Assembly (NCBI GenBank): GCA_964016885.1
Contig: OZ024747.1
Location: 8,680,001 to 8,744,000 of the forward strand
Length of the DNA stretch: 64,000 bases
Origin: Eledone cirrhosa
Lineage: Eukaryota
Reading direction: 5' to 3'
Each line of letters begins with the position of its first letter. Positions within the stretch are counted from its first letter, which is position 1. The notes beneath the pieces are model-generated. The model was not told the origin of the DNA. It searched no databases and saw nothing but the letters and a program-made list of their open reading frames with translations. This document shows, in pieces, positions 27,884-46,066 of this stretch. The translations under genes were made by a program, and so were the position numbers.

Positions 27884-30502
27884 TTAACCCTTTCATTACC
27901 ATATTCATAATGAAATGCATTGCCAATAAATTACAAATTGAAAATAATGCGAAACTAGGAAGGATTTTAGTAAACTAACTTTTTCTCATCATTAAGTTGG
28001 TGTTTGGAGCACTAATTAACAAAGATTCTTTCATAAAATTACAATGAAAGGCTTTTAGATAAATCTAAACACTTCAAACAAACAGTTATATATCATAGAA
28101 CCTAGACAAACAGTTATATATCACAGAACCCAGACAAACAGTTATATATCGTAGAACCCAGACAAACAGTTATATATCGTAGAACCCAGACAAACAGTTA
28201 TATATCGTAGAACCCAGACAAACAGTTATATATCACAGAACCTAGACAAACAGTTATATATCACAGAACCAAGACAAACAGTTATATATCACAGAACCTA
28301 GACAAATAGTTATATATCGTAGAACCCAGACAAACAGTTATATATCATAAAACACAGACAAACAGTTATATATCACAGAACCCAGACAAACAGTTATATA
28401 TCACAGAACCCAGACAAACAGTTATATATCGTAGAACCCAGACAAACAGTTATATATCACAGAACACAGACAAACAGTTATATATGGTAGAACCCAGACA
28501 AACAGTTATATATCACAGAACCTAGACAAACAGTTATATATCGTAGAACCCAGACAAACAGTTATATATCACAGAACCCAGACAAACAGTTATATATCAC
28601 AGAACCCAGACAAACAGTTATATATCACAGAACCCAGACAAACAGTTATATATCGTAGAACCCAGACAAACAGTTATATTTCATAGAACCCAGACAAACA
28701 GTTATATATCGTAGAACCCAGACAAACAGTTATATATCATAGAACCCAGACAAACAGTTATATATCACAGAACCCAGACAAACAGTTATATATCACAGAA
28801 CACAGACAAACAGTTATATATCACAGAACCCAGACAAACAGTTATATATTGTAGAACCCAGACAAACAGTTATATATCACAGAACCCAGACAAACAGTTA
28901 TATATCACAGAACCCAGACAAACAGTTATATATCACAGAACCCAGACAAACAGTTATATATCGTAGAACCCAGACAAACAGTTATATATCACAGAACCCA
29001 GACAAACTGCTATATATCACAGAACCCAGGCAGACAGTTATATATCATAGAACCCAGACAAACAGTTATATATCACAGAACCCAGACAAACAGTTATATA
29101 TCACAAAACCCAGACAAACAGTTATATATCATAGAACCCAGGCAAACAGTTATATATCACAGAACACAGACAAACAGTTATATATCGTAGAACCCAGACA
29201 AACAGTTATATATCACAGAACCCAGACAAACAGTTATATATCACAGAACCCAGACAAACAGTTATATATCGTAGAACCCAGACAAACAGTTATATATCAC
29301 AGAACCCAGACAAACAGTTATATATCACAGAACCCAGACAAACAGTTATATATCACAAAACCCAGACAAACAGTTATATATCATAGAACCCAGACAAACA
29401 GTTATATATCACAGAACCCAGACAAACAGTTATATATCGTAGAACCCAGACAAACAGTTATATATCACAGAACCCAGGCAAACAGTTATATATCACAGAA
29501 CCCAGACAGACAGTTATATATCACAGAACCCAGACAAACAGTTATATATCATAGAACCCAGACAAACAGTTATATATCACAGAACCCAGACAAACAGTTA
29601 TATATCACAGAACACAGACAAACAGTTATATATCGTAGAACCCAGACAAACAGTTATATATCACAGAACCCAGACAAACAGTTATATATCGTTGAACCCA
29701 AACAAACAGTTATATATCATAGAATCCAGACAAACAGTTATATATCGTAGAACCCAGACAAACAGTTATATATCATAGAACCCAGACAGTTATATATCAT
29801 AGAACCCAGACAAACAGTTATATATCACAGAACCCAGACAAACAGTTATATATCACAGAACACAGACAAACAGTTATATATCGTACAACCCAGACAAACG
29901 GTTATATATCACAGAACCCAGAGAAACAGTTATATATCACAGAACCCAGACAAACAGTTATATATCACAGAACCCAGACAAACAGTTATATATCGTAGAA
30001 CCCAGACAAACAGTTATATATCGTACAACCCAGACAAACAGTTATATATCACAGAACCCAGACAAACAGTTATATATCACAGAACACAGACAAACAGTTA
30101 TATATCGTAGAACCCAGACAAACAGTTATATATCACAGAACCCAGACAAACAGTTATATATCACAGAACCCAGAGAAACAGTTATATATCGTAGAACCCA
30201 GACAAACAGTTATATATTGTACAACCCAGACAAATAGTTATATATCACAGAACCCAGACAAATAGTTATATATCACAGAACCCAGACAAACAGTTATATA
30301 TCACAGAACCCAGAGAAACAGTTATATATCGTAGAACCTAGACAAACAGTTATATATCGTAGAACCTAGACAAACAGTTATATATCACAGAACCCAGACA
30401 AACAGTTATATATCACAGAACCCAGACAGTTATATATGACAGAACCCAGACAAACAGTTATATATCGTAGAACCAAGGGTGGTTTGGTATCAAAAGGGCT
30501 AA
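27884..30502 (+). mobile_element. piggyBac-like (TTAA-CCC) MITE with an internal satellite expansion
   Basis: ttaaccctttcatt at 27884 and caaaagggctaa at ~30502. Flanks match unexpanded copies at 60428-60600, 60606-60862 and 36619-36814. Confidence 0.6.
28078..30475. repeat. 28-bp minisatellite (aacagttatatatcacagaacccagaca), ~85 copies
   Basis: Period 28 (28081/28109). Confidence 0.97.
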
Positions 30503-31063
30503 CTCCATTGAGATTTTGAATTCATAAGAAAGTCATGAATCTAATTATAGTAAGACCCAAAACTAGTTTTGCCAATCCACTATTCCTTTGTTTCATATAC
30601 ACTAACAAGTTGTATTTGTATTAGTATTACAGTAGGTCATGCCTTAATCATCATCATCATTGGTTTTGCATCCATTTTTTAATGCTGGCATGGGTTAGAG
30701 GAGGGTTTATTTTAAGCAGTGCTCTATGGTTGGATGCTCTTTAATGGCAACCTGGCCATACAGACATTTGTAGAATGTCTCATGGGCAGCTGGGCTGGAT
30801 AAAAAACATATTAATGAACAGTGGACTGGCCTGATGATGGATGCCCAGACAGGTTTTAAGGCCTCAGTTTACTTCTGGTACTCTTCCTGATGCCAACACT
30901 TACCTGTTTCATTTTAAAGTAAGGTAGAAGGGATTCTGTTTATATAAAGACATAAACAAACATCACCACCGGCACTAGTTATATGAAATGTGTAGTGAAG
31001 GCACACATATACACATATGCACACACATACAAATATATGTACACACACAAACACAAACACACG

Positions 31064-31095
<32 letters not shown>

Positions 31096-31729
31096 CAAAT
31101 ACACACACAAAAACAGCCTCTAGATTCAAGAAAGATATTTTAATTTGACTGCTACCAAAATGGGGATATATTAAATGTTGTACACGCACAAATCTGAATT
31201 AAATGAATTATTATGTTAGTTGAACAAAATATAAAGATGCAAGCAATTACTGGTGACTTTCAATGAAAAAGGGAGATAATTTTAGAAATGAATCTCAAAG
31301 TTAATTTATATGCTTAGGGAAGAAAAGTCTGATCTTTCTTTGTAGCTAAAGGATAACTGTTGACAGGTTTTATTCTGTAAGACCTCAGTAGTGGGATTGA
31401 TTAAATAATGGTCCTTCTATGTGATATATTAAAAGAAATATCTTTAGATTGTACACATTGAACTAAACTGATTAACACATCATCTCTTTTCAGTACTCTG
31501 TGATGGGAAGCTTAAGTCACTTTTAAAGGGAGACAAATATTGACAGCGTTGGGATTGTGCATCAAAAACTGATAAACCTCGAAGTCTTTACGTAAGTAGG
31601 TGCTTGGCTTGCTTCTTGAGAAACGGACATGAAATTGGTGGAGTTATCATTATCTTGTGAGATATGACAGAAAGATTTATCTACTAGAGTCTACAGTTAC
31701 ACATACACCACTGAGGCAAGGATCAACAA

Positions 31730-32145
31730 CATGTGGGCCATTGAGGTGTTCTCTGTGAGTCTTGGAACATTTTAAACATATATATATGTAGGTCATTGAG
31801 GTGTACTCTGTGAGTCTTGGACCTTTCGAATTTTTATATGAATGATATGATACATGTGGGTCATCATTGAGGTGTACTCTGAAGGCCTTGCAACATTTTA
31901 AATATATATACATGTAGGCCATTGAGGTGTACTCTGTGTATCTTGGACCTTTCGAATTTTTATGCATAAGATATAATATAATATATATACATGTGGGTCA
32001 TTGAGGTGTACTCTGAAAGCCTTGAAACTTTTTTAATGTTTACATGTATGATATGGGATAATATATACACAAGTGGGCCGCAGTCTTGGACCTTTATAAA
32101 TTTTTATATGTATGATATGATAAGATATATATACATGTGGGCCAT
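31730..32145. repeat. Degenerate ~60-bp tandem repeat (catgtgggccattgaggtgtactctgtgagtcttggacc...)
   Basis: About six diverged copies. Confidence 0.8.
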
Positions 32146-33514
32146 GGAGCAAACTAAAAGAATCTCATGATGGCACCCCTATGACTATGTCATAAGTTAA
32201 GGGTCCGTGGCATGGCATGAAAAACCTGTTTAATGTGTTATTGTGTAGATTAGGGGTTCTCAAACATAATTTGTCATAGAACCTTTATACAATTTTCAAA
32301 AAACTGAACGTATCTATATTTTAGAGATAATTACCATCACACTAATTTTAATATATTAAACGAAACAAAAATTGCTTTAGAAAAAGTATCTAAAAAGAAA
32401 AAAAAACAATTTTATATATATTTCTATTAAATTTTATTACAAAATACCCTTTCGATTTTTTCATGACACCCCACAAAGATTTCGTACACCAAGGGAGTTA
32501 ACTGTGGCGAGATAACTCATGAAAGATTCTAACTTAGATATTTTGTGAGTCTGAAGTCATCATCATCATCATCACTGTTTAACGTCTATTTTTCCATGGT
32601 TGCATGGGTTAGACAGGTAGCCCACATCATGAGCTAAGTCTAACCAGCTGACCGCACCCTACCTTGCTCAGACGGAACTGTATTTTGGTATGAAAGGAAT
32701 GTGTGATTGTTAGATTGAGTGAGTGATTGTTTATGTGCTGGAGTGAGGAATTGGTTGTTGTTTCGTTGAAGTGAAGTTAATTTGGGTGAACTAGGTTATA
32801 CCCAAGAACACATGGTTAGCACATTTTAAGTCTTCAGCAAAATCTCATTGATACCCGCTCAATATCAATATTGACAAAAAGTTAACAGAGGACAATGAAA
32901 ACATCTCTTGAGGAAAATAGGGGTTACTTATTCGTCAATGTGAGATTTGAAAGGAATGATTTGTGTTAACAAAAGAATTAGTAACATAATGAGCTACAAG
33001 GTGTTTGTCATACAGAAATATAATTATAACAAGTGGAAATAAGAAAGATTTGTACACTGTATGATATCTATGTGGAAATATTATGGTGTGAAAAATTGGA
33101 CAAAATCAATAGTGTGAATTGTGATCATCATCATCATCGTTCAACGTCTATTTTCCATGTTAGCATGGGTTAGACGAGCTGTCCTACTGTGTGACAAGCC
33201 AGGTGAGAGGACCATGTTTTGCTCTCAAGAACTGATTTTGACTTGGTTTCTATGGCTGGATGCCCTTTCTAATGCCAACCACATTTACAGTGTGTGTTGA
33301 TACCTTCTCTCAATTCTCCACCACAAATAAAATAATTTCAGCTTTCAGTTTGGTAAGCTGATGAACTTAGTTTTTTACACTTCTTGCTGTGATCTTACTT
33401 CTTGCATTTTCCGCTACACAATCCATACTCACCCATGCCAAATCATGCGTCAAGTCATAACACAATATTATTGGATATTTCTACAATATTGCTGTGCAGC
33501 AAAAATATTTAGGA

Positions 33515-34325
33515 ATCATCATGATGATCATCATTATCATTGTTTAACGTCTATCTTCTACGCTAGCATCAGTTAAACAGATTTGTTCCACTTGAGGCAA
33601 GTTGGGTCGAGTGACCATGTCTCACTCGTATAGGATTGTTTCTGGCTGGATGCCTTTCCTAAGACCAACCACATTTACAGTGTGTGCTGGGTGCTTTTAA
33701 CCATGTCTCCTACAGGCTGGACTGGATGCTTTTTGTTGTGACACCTACACGACCACTTTACAGTGTGGACTGGGTACTTTTTGTTGTGACACCTACCCAA
33801 CCACTTTACAGTGTGGACTGGATGCTTTTTGTTGTGACACCTACCCGACCACTTTACAGTGTGGACTGGATGCTTTTTGTTGTGACACCTACCCAACCAC
33901 TTTACAGTGTGGACTGGATGCTTTTTGTTGTGACACCTACCCAACCACTTTACAGTGTGGACTGGATGCTTTTTGTTGTGACACCTACCCGACCACTTTA
34001 CAGTGTGGACTGGGTACTTTTTGTTGTGGCACCTACCCGACCACTTTACAGTGTGGACTGGGTACTTTTTGTTGTGACACCTACACGACCACTTTACAGT
34101 GTGGACTGGGTACTTTTTGTTGTGACACCTACCCGACCACTGTACAGTGTGGACTGGGTACTTTTTGTTGACACCTACACGACCACTTTACAGTGTAGAC
34201 TGGGTACTTTTTGTTGTGACACCTACCCAACCACTTTACAGTGTGGACTGGGTACTTTTTGTTGTGACACCTACCCAACCACTTTAGTGTGGGCTGGATG
34301 TTCTGTGGTACCAACATAACTTTAC
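33515..34325 (-). mobile_element. RTE-tailed SINE segment with an internal 48-bp tandem expansion (33670-34290, ~13 copies)
   Basis: (cat)n-tgtttaacgtctatcttc...ggctggatgcctttcct, then the unit ccactttacagtgtggactggatgctttttgttgtgacacctacccaa. A related unexpanded copy lies at 33124-33300. Confidence 0.75.
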
Positions 34326-35391
34326 AGAGAAAGGGTGGTTTGGGTGGAAGTGGGAGGATAGAGTAGGGGGGGTTATTAATTGCAGAGAATTATTATATAT
34401 TTAATTTAATTATACAAATACAAATATGTATAAAACTGTGATCCTTTAAATTTCAATAATGCCCTTCTCTGAAGTTGACATTCTAGGTTATTAACTGCCT
34501 AGTTGGTTTATATGAAGGGTCTGGTCCTAGAAAATGTCAAAACTGGATATCATTTGTAATATTGATATTATGTATAACAATAGAAACAATGGGATCTATG
34601 GTGTGTTAATTGAACCATGCTCCAAAATAGGGAACAGCTGTATATACATGAATATAGAACAGCTGGAGTAGCCATTAAATGAAGTTTGTTAATTAAATTA
34701 ATTCAGTCATTAATTACTTCAGATCACAATATGTAGTAATTAGTTTTTGTTATGCATGTGACCTAATTAATGGTGGAGGTAACTGTTGGGACTATATTGT
34801 GTGTGTGTGTGTGTGACAGGTAAACAGAGATAATAAAACAAATGGCACAGTATATGGAAGGAATATATTAGTCTAATGCTTGAAATAGGAGGAAGAGGGT
34901 CACATACATGCACACATATGAAACTAGCTGTTGAAATGGCAAGAGCTCAGCCGTTGGGCTCCGCCTCTTTATAATATAGCCATACTCTACTATCCCAAGT
35001 ATTGAGTACTCTTAAGTAATGATCTAACTAGTTTTATCTGGTTCTATCTATGGGTGTATAAAGTGACTGGGTGTATATAGTGACTGAGTGTATATGAAGA
35101 CTTCCTTCAGGTTTTCTGTTTTATTCACTTTATAAGAATACCTGGAAATATTTCACAGCAGTAGGTTTTAAGTCTTGGTTCAAGTTCAACATATGGAAAT
35201 TTTCCTAAGATGAATTCATGTATTTTCAGCATGTTTTAATATATGTTGGACCAAAACCAACACTTGTAATCTAGTATTATATACAAGTTATTAAGGTTAG
35301 AAAGTTTCTACTTGCTGATAAGGATAATATTCTGACAGCCATAAAGGTGTTGGAGTCTGGCATTTATTACTAAGAGTTTACTGTCCTAATT

Positions 35392-35835
35392 AGAGATGGT
35401 GCTTCCATATTTAGCAATCTAGGCAGCTCTATAATGTGCACCCACTTCTCCCAGTTATGTTCCTCATTCTTCCAAATAAAGTTATTTAAACTTACAACTT
35501 GGTAAGCTGAAAAACCTAGTTTTTGACACTTCTTACTCTAAAAAAAGTTACTAAGCCTGCATTTTCCACTACACAGTCCACACAAACACCAAATCATGTG
35601 ACAGATCATAACTTTATAAAATCCTCTCCTCCTACTGCTTTTGATAGTTCCACAATGTTGCTACATGGCAAGGATATTTAGTGACTTGTATATTTACTGC
35701 TGCAAATTGTTATATATTTACTTTAATTATACAAATTTGTATAAAACTATGGTCTTTTAAGTTTCAGTAATGCCCCCTAGTGAGGTCTGCAACCTAGGTG
35801 GCTGCCAAGTTGGCCTTAATGGTAGCACCTACTCT
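35392..35835. mobile_element. Degenerate TIR MITE (possibly hAT-like)
   Basis: Left end agagatggtgcttccatatttagcaatctaggcagc resembles the reverse complement of the right end (agagtaggtgctaccattaaggccaacttggcagc). An interrupted second copy lies at 33350-34510. Confidence 0.5.
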
Positions 35836-36375
35836 CACCCCAATAGTCCTTTAATAACTATCCAATGACATGTAGAACACTGTAGTTAATAACTCTACTA
35901 AGCAACACAGAATTGGTCAATAAAATTTAACCATTTTGATATCAACTTGCTTCAAATCACCTTCAGTTCTTATTTCCTTATTAAGATGATATTTGTAACT
36001 TAACAACTAGTATATATATAAAAGAAAACCACCCATATAAACGATTCCTATTTAGATCAAAACCATAACAATATAAGAACCATTTAAGTTAGAAATACCG
36101 TCTTAATAATGAAATAATTAATTTTAGTAAACCCCTCCAAATTCTTCAATTAAATTCAAATACAATGTACTTCATTAGAAATATGGTAACAGATGTGTTA
36201 AGCAATACAATTTTACTACTCATCGTTGTAAATGGTGTTGGGTGTATGTTAGCTAAGTTTATAGTGTGCTTATTTTAGGATATGTTAGACTGGTTCATAA
36301 TACACCTTATTTTAATATTATTTCTTATAACTTTACTATTATATACACATATTCATATTTTAATTAATTTGTATT

Positions 36376-36587
36376 TTAACCCTTTAGCATTTACATTACT
36401 CTATATATACTGTTATATTTTCACAGTAAAAGCTTTATCTCACATAATATCTCATATAATATTGAACTATTTGATTTTGAAAACAATACCTTAACATAAG
36501 TATGAGCGACCAGTTACAACTGGTTTAAACAGAAAGAGGTGAGAGAATTCTGGCCGGATACAGCTGGTTTAAATGCTAAAGGGTTAA
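36376..36587. mobile_element. piggyBac-like MITE with TIR TTAA-ccctttagcattta
   Basis: ttaaccctttagcattta ... taaatgctaaagggttaa. Partial second copy at ~41450-41591. Confidence 0.75.
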
Positions 36588-37554
36588 AGTTGTTTCCCTT
36601 GTCTTTCTTGACTAACATTAATCCTTTCCTGGCCACATTTCCAATGAAATACACTTTATTTCAATTATTTCATTACTAAGATAGTAACTTAACAACTGGT
36701 TATTATATAAAATTATGCTGAAATATTTTAGTTTAAATAAAAACCTATTAAAATGGGTGATTTACTTACAGAAAACCGGAGCCAGTTTTGATTAGGTTGG
36801 TACCAAAAGGGTTAAAGTTAATTATTTTTCTTTTCACTATGGGGAGCAATTTTAATTAATTAATTTTCGTTTTTTACATTGTCAATGTGTGCCTCCATTA
36901 AACATATGTAGGGATAAAAATCACTGAGTAAGTTAGGTCATATACCTGTACATAATCAACTAGGAATTGAAAATCTATTTTATCTACCATATTTCTTTGT
37001 GTTTAATACAACTCGAGCATAACACCCTTGTTTCTGAAGCTAAAAAGCAGGGGAAAAATACATCCTAGTATAAAATACAACACCACAGTACAGCCATGCC
37101 TATAAACTTATATCCTGCTGCTAGCCATCAAAATCTCGATCTCACACACATATTTCACTACAATATGCAATTTTTCATGATGTCAATATAAAACAATCAG
37201 ATGTTTAGTCTTTCCTGTAAAAGTACTCCCTGGGTGTCTCTGCAATCTTGCCATTTAAAATTAGTATTTTTAAGCTTAGTAAAACTTTCTGAAACCCTGT
37301 ACGTATGTATCACACCACACTTTTTTTTACGCTTAATTTTACTTCAAAATTTCTCATATTGTACTCTAGAAAATACATCATGAAGTTATTGCAACTGAAT
37401 AACAGTAAAATTCATCATGGAACCTATAAAATTAGAATATAAAAACACAAACAATTGAGTGGTACCAAATTCTCTAATTATATACAACAAAATATTACAC
37501 TTTTTTCTGAGTTTAACATTGATAAATACTGGATGTATCATTTATAAAACTTAC

Positions 37555-39924
37555 CGGTGTAGCAATTGGTCCTCTTTGTCGTGAAGTTGTGGTCATATAA
37601 TCCCGGCAATGATAGGGTGGCACTTCACAACTAAGTTTAGTCCTGGGGTCAATAAATGAAACATTTGTGTTATGATTCATTCTGGGTAAATTCCTTACCA
37701 TGGTAGCAGGATGATAATTGTCTGAAATTAGTTGACTCATTTCTCTTGGAGAATGGTTTGATGATATGCCCCTTTCAGCAGAGAGCCTGTTTCTAGATTT
37801 ACAGTACTTTATAATACATATAGTCACAGATATCACAATAGCTATAGATACAATCACAACCCCAACAACAATAATTATTACCCAGTTCATATTTATCCAG
37901 TCTTGCTTCACAGCCGTTTTAGCTATCTTCACTTTTGGTGCCTCATTACTAACAGTTAATTTTAAAGTCACTGAAGTAGTTGCTGATAGAACTGGAGTAC
38001 CAGAATCGTCGACAGTGATTACCAGTTTATACATCCCAGCATCATTCTGGTAAACCACACGAGAAAAAGATAATACACCTGTGTGAGAGTTCAGTGTAAA
38101 TAATTGTTTGTCATTACCTTGGAATATTCCATATTTCAGAAAAGCATTTCTTGGAGTGTCTTTATCAGAGGCTTTGAAAACTGTAATTTCATTATTACCT
38201 TGTGGTAGATAATGTATGTGAAGAGTGAAAGATTTGGTATCAGGAAAAGTAAAATAAGGGGCATTATCATTGACATCCATGATTTCAATAGCAACATTTG
38301 CAGTGCTATTCAAAGATGGTGTTCCATTGTCTTTTGCTAAAACTTTGAACTGATAAAAGTCTTTAGTTTCTCGATCTAAAGATTGAGTTGTTGAAATAAA
38401 ACCTTGATTGGAAATTTGGAAAGGAAATGTATAATGAATATCATTCAGTATTGAATATGATAATTTACCTCCTTCACCTTCATCGGGATCATTAACTTCC
38501 ACATAACCAACAGGAAAATTTGGGCTTTCATTTTCTCGAATTAGAAACCTAAATGAATCTTTTATAAACTTGGGTTGTACATCATTAACATCTGTTACTT
38601 TCACTGAGAAATTCTTGACACTTTTTAATGCAGGTGAACCTCTGTCTTCACATGTTATTGTTACACTAAACTCACTCTCTTTTTCTCTGTCTACTGATTC
38701 TTTCATAGTTATTTTATATTCTTTGTTTCCCAAGCTTTGAAGTTGGAACTTACGATGCTCCAGTCGACAGTCTACTACTCCATTTTCTTCATTGTCATCA
38801 TCTTTCGTCATTACAAAAGCTATCAATCTACCAACTTTGATGTTTTCTGAAATAACAGTTGACTTCTCTGTTTGTCCTGAGATAAAACTTATTTCAATGG
38901 TTGGTGGATTGTTGTGTTGACTGACAATGTTAATATTAACCAAAGTAATAGAACTGAGAGGAGGATTTCCACCATCTGTAGCTTCAATAAATAATTTGTA
39001 TCTTTGATTTTCTCCTGATAAAAATTGTTTTTTGTGATATATTTCACCTGTTGTTTCATTTAACCTGAAATTACTTTTAGCAGCATTAGATGTTTTGGAT
39101 CCAAATTTGAATGAAATTTTACCATTGTTGCCATAATCAGAATCATTAGCAGATAGAACAATGATTGGTTTGTCCATGTGATTAGTATTGTTTATGAAAA
39201 CGTTGTAAACCTTTTGAGAGAAAATGGGAGTGTTATCATTAGCATCAATCACAGTGCTCAGAACTTTCATTGTTCCCTGTTTTGGTGGAACACCATTATC
39301 TCTTGCAATGATCTCTAATTCATATGTTTCCTGTAATTCTCTGTCTAACATTTCTTCTAAGACAATTTCCAGTTTATCTGTATTATCAACTCTCTTAGAA
39401 GCCAACAGACCAAATAGTCCTTTGTTGTTAACTATTTCATATGAAATCCTTGAGTTGGCTTCTCCTACATCTTTGTCTACTGCATTTGGCAAAATCCTTT
39501 TTGTTCCTTCTCCATCTGTTTCTAAGAACTGAAGATTAATTGCATCTGTTGGAAACTCAGGTGAAAAGTCATTGACATCAACTATCACAATTTTTATCTT
39601 TAGCAATATGTCATTATTCCTATTTTGTTGCAAAAGAACCCGTATCATTCGGAAACACTCAGTGTTATAATCACACAGAGATTCAGCATCCAGTTTCTGT
39701 GTAGTGAATAATTTTCCAATTTTAGTGATGTTAAACAAATCAACCTGGCCAAGTAATTTGAAAAACACTAAACTAGTGTCTGTGATTTGTTTATTTATAT
39801 TTAAATTTACTGCTATGTCTCCTATGGCAGTACCTGCATCTTGCTCTTCAGCTACATAGAAGGTGAGATTGTTGCATAAACAACTGTGAAGCAACAGCAT
39901 GAGAATATATGCTGATAGCAACAT
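37555..39924 (-). CDS. Pcdh: Protocadherin, large first coding exon (signal peptide, EC1-EC6, TM, proximal cytoplasmic tail; 790 aa). The unspliced ORF runs on to a stop at 37513 (803 aa).
   Basis: Hydrophobic N-terminus. Cadherin motifs DVNDFSPEF, LDRE, DANDNTPIF, VDRE, DVNDVQPKF, LDRE, DVNDNAPYF. EC1 Cys-X5-Cys (CDYNTEC) typical of protocadherins. TM WVIIIVVGVVIVSIAIVISVTICII. Donor ACACCG|GTAAGT at 37555/37554 (phase 0). In-frame TGA two codons upstream of the ATG. Symbol is family-level only. Confidence 0.95.
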
Positions 39925-39990
39925 ATCTCACTTCAGGCAACCAGATACCAACAATCAGAGAAATGTGTCTGAAATTAAAGAACATTGAAT
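39925..39990 (-). other. Splice acceptor and 44-nt 5'UTR portion of the large protocadherin exon (exon start 39968)
   Basis: Minus strand reads attcaatgttctttaatttcag|acacatttc...gatATG, implying upstream non-coding exon(s). Confidence 0.55.
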
Positions 39991-40361
39991 TTTAGTAATT
40001 CAGAAAATTTTGTTTATATGTGAGTGTGTATGTGAGTGGTGGGGGTAGGCCAGATAATTATTTCTGTCATGTCTGTGGACAAATTTATTGTTTTTAAAGT
40101 GGTCTGACTGGACCCTGTAATCAACATGATCAGAATATTCACTTTAAGTGGAGTATTTGTGAGAAAACATGCAACTCTAGGGGCGGTCTTAAGAGTCACT
40201 TATGTGCTCACAAGTTGGGCACTTATTGACGACTTTTGTAGAGGTCGCAATATCCTGAAAAGAATCAGCAATCATCATGTATGTATATATATGTGTGTGC
40301 ATGCATGTGTGTATATAGATATATATACATGTTTAAATATATAGAAGTGTAATTATATGTA

Positions 40362-41150
<789 letters not shown>

Positions 41151-41954
41151 TAGTAGAATATTGGTGGGTCATATCCATAGTAGTAGAGCATTCAGTCCAT
41201 GGGAAGAGTTTGGTAGAAGTAGTTCCGCAATAGTTAATTCACCAATGTTCTTGGAAATGATGAATTAACTGTTGTGGAACTACTTCTATATATATATATA
41301 TATATGTGTGTAGATATACATACGTAGAAAGGTCGTCTGTGGCACATAATAACATGTATTAAAACATATACAACACCAACCTGTTAGTTGGTTTTCATCT
41401 ATAAAATGTTTCCAGCAATTCTTTCCTTAGACATTTTAACCACATTATGTTCACATAATATTGAATCTAGAAGATTTTTATATTGAGAACAATACCTTAA
41501 CATAAGTATTAGCAGCCAGTCATAGCCGGTTTGAACAGAAAGAGGTGAGAGCATCTGGCCAGATATAGCCTGTTTAAATGCTAAAGGGTTAATAAAAACT
41601 GTTTGGTAGCACTACTAGTATCATTACAGGGTCGATAAAATAAAGCACCAGTAATACACTGGGGTCGATTAAATCAACGTTCCCCTCCCCCACAATTGTT
41701 GTCCTTGTGCCCTAAATCTGAAACCATTATTTCCTGTTTAAAGATTTGTTCTAGCTTTGATAAAATATAACACATAGTTGTCCAAGTATTTAAGCTGGGA
41801 TCATCATCATCATCAACATTTAATGCCTATCTTCCATGCTAGCATGGGTTAGAGATGGGTTTGTCCCATTTAGAGGCAAGTTGGGTCGGGTGACTGTGTC
41901 TCGCTCGTATAGGACTGTTTCTATATATATAGGCGTTGCTTCACTTAAAAAATC

Positions 41955-46066
<4,112 letters not shown>

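Noticed and set aside
28078-30475. CRISPR-like appearance of 22-48 bp repeats (also 33670-34290, 49436-52230, 62505-64000)
   Set aside because: Units are head-to-tail with no unique spacers, there are no cas genes, and the context is eukaryotic.
2200-37500. Additional protocadherin ectodomain exons or pseudo-exons in the large intron
   Set aside because: No cadherin motifs were seen in the ORF track or by eye, so a tandem variable-exon array is not supported within this window.
37766-39532. Plus-strand ORFs 37766-38053 and 39224-39532
   Set aside because: Antisense shadows of the protocadherin exon.
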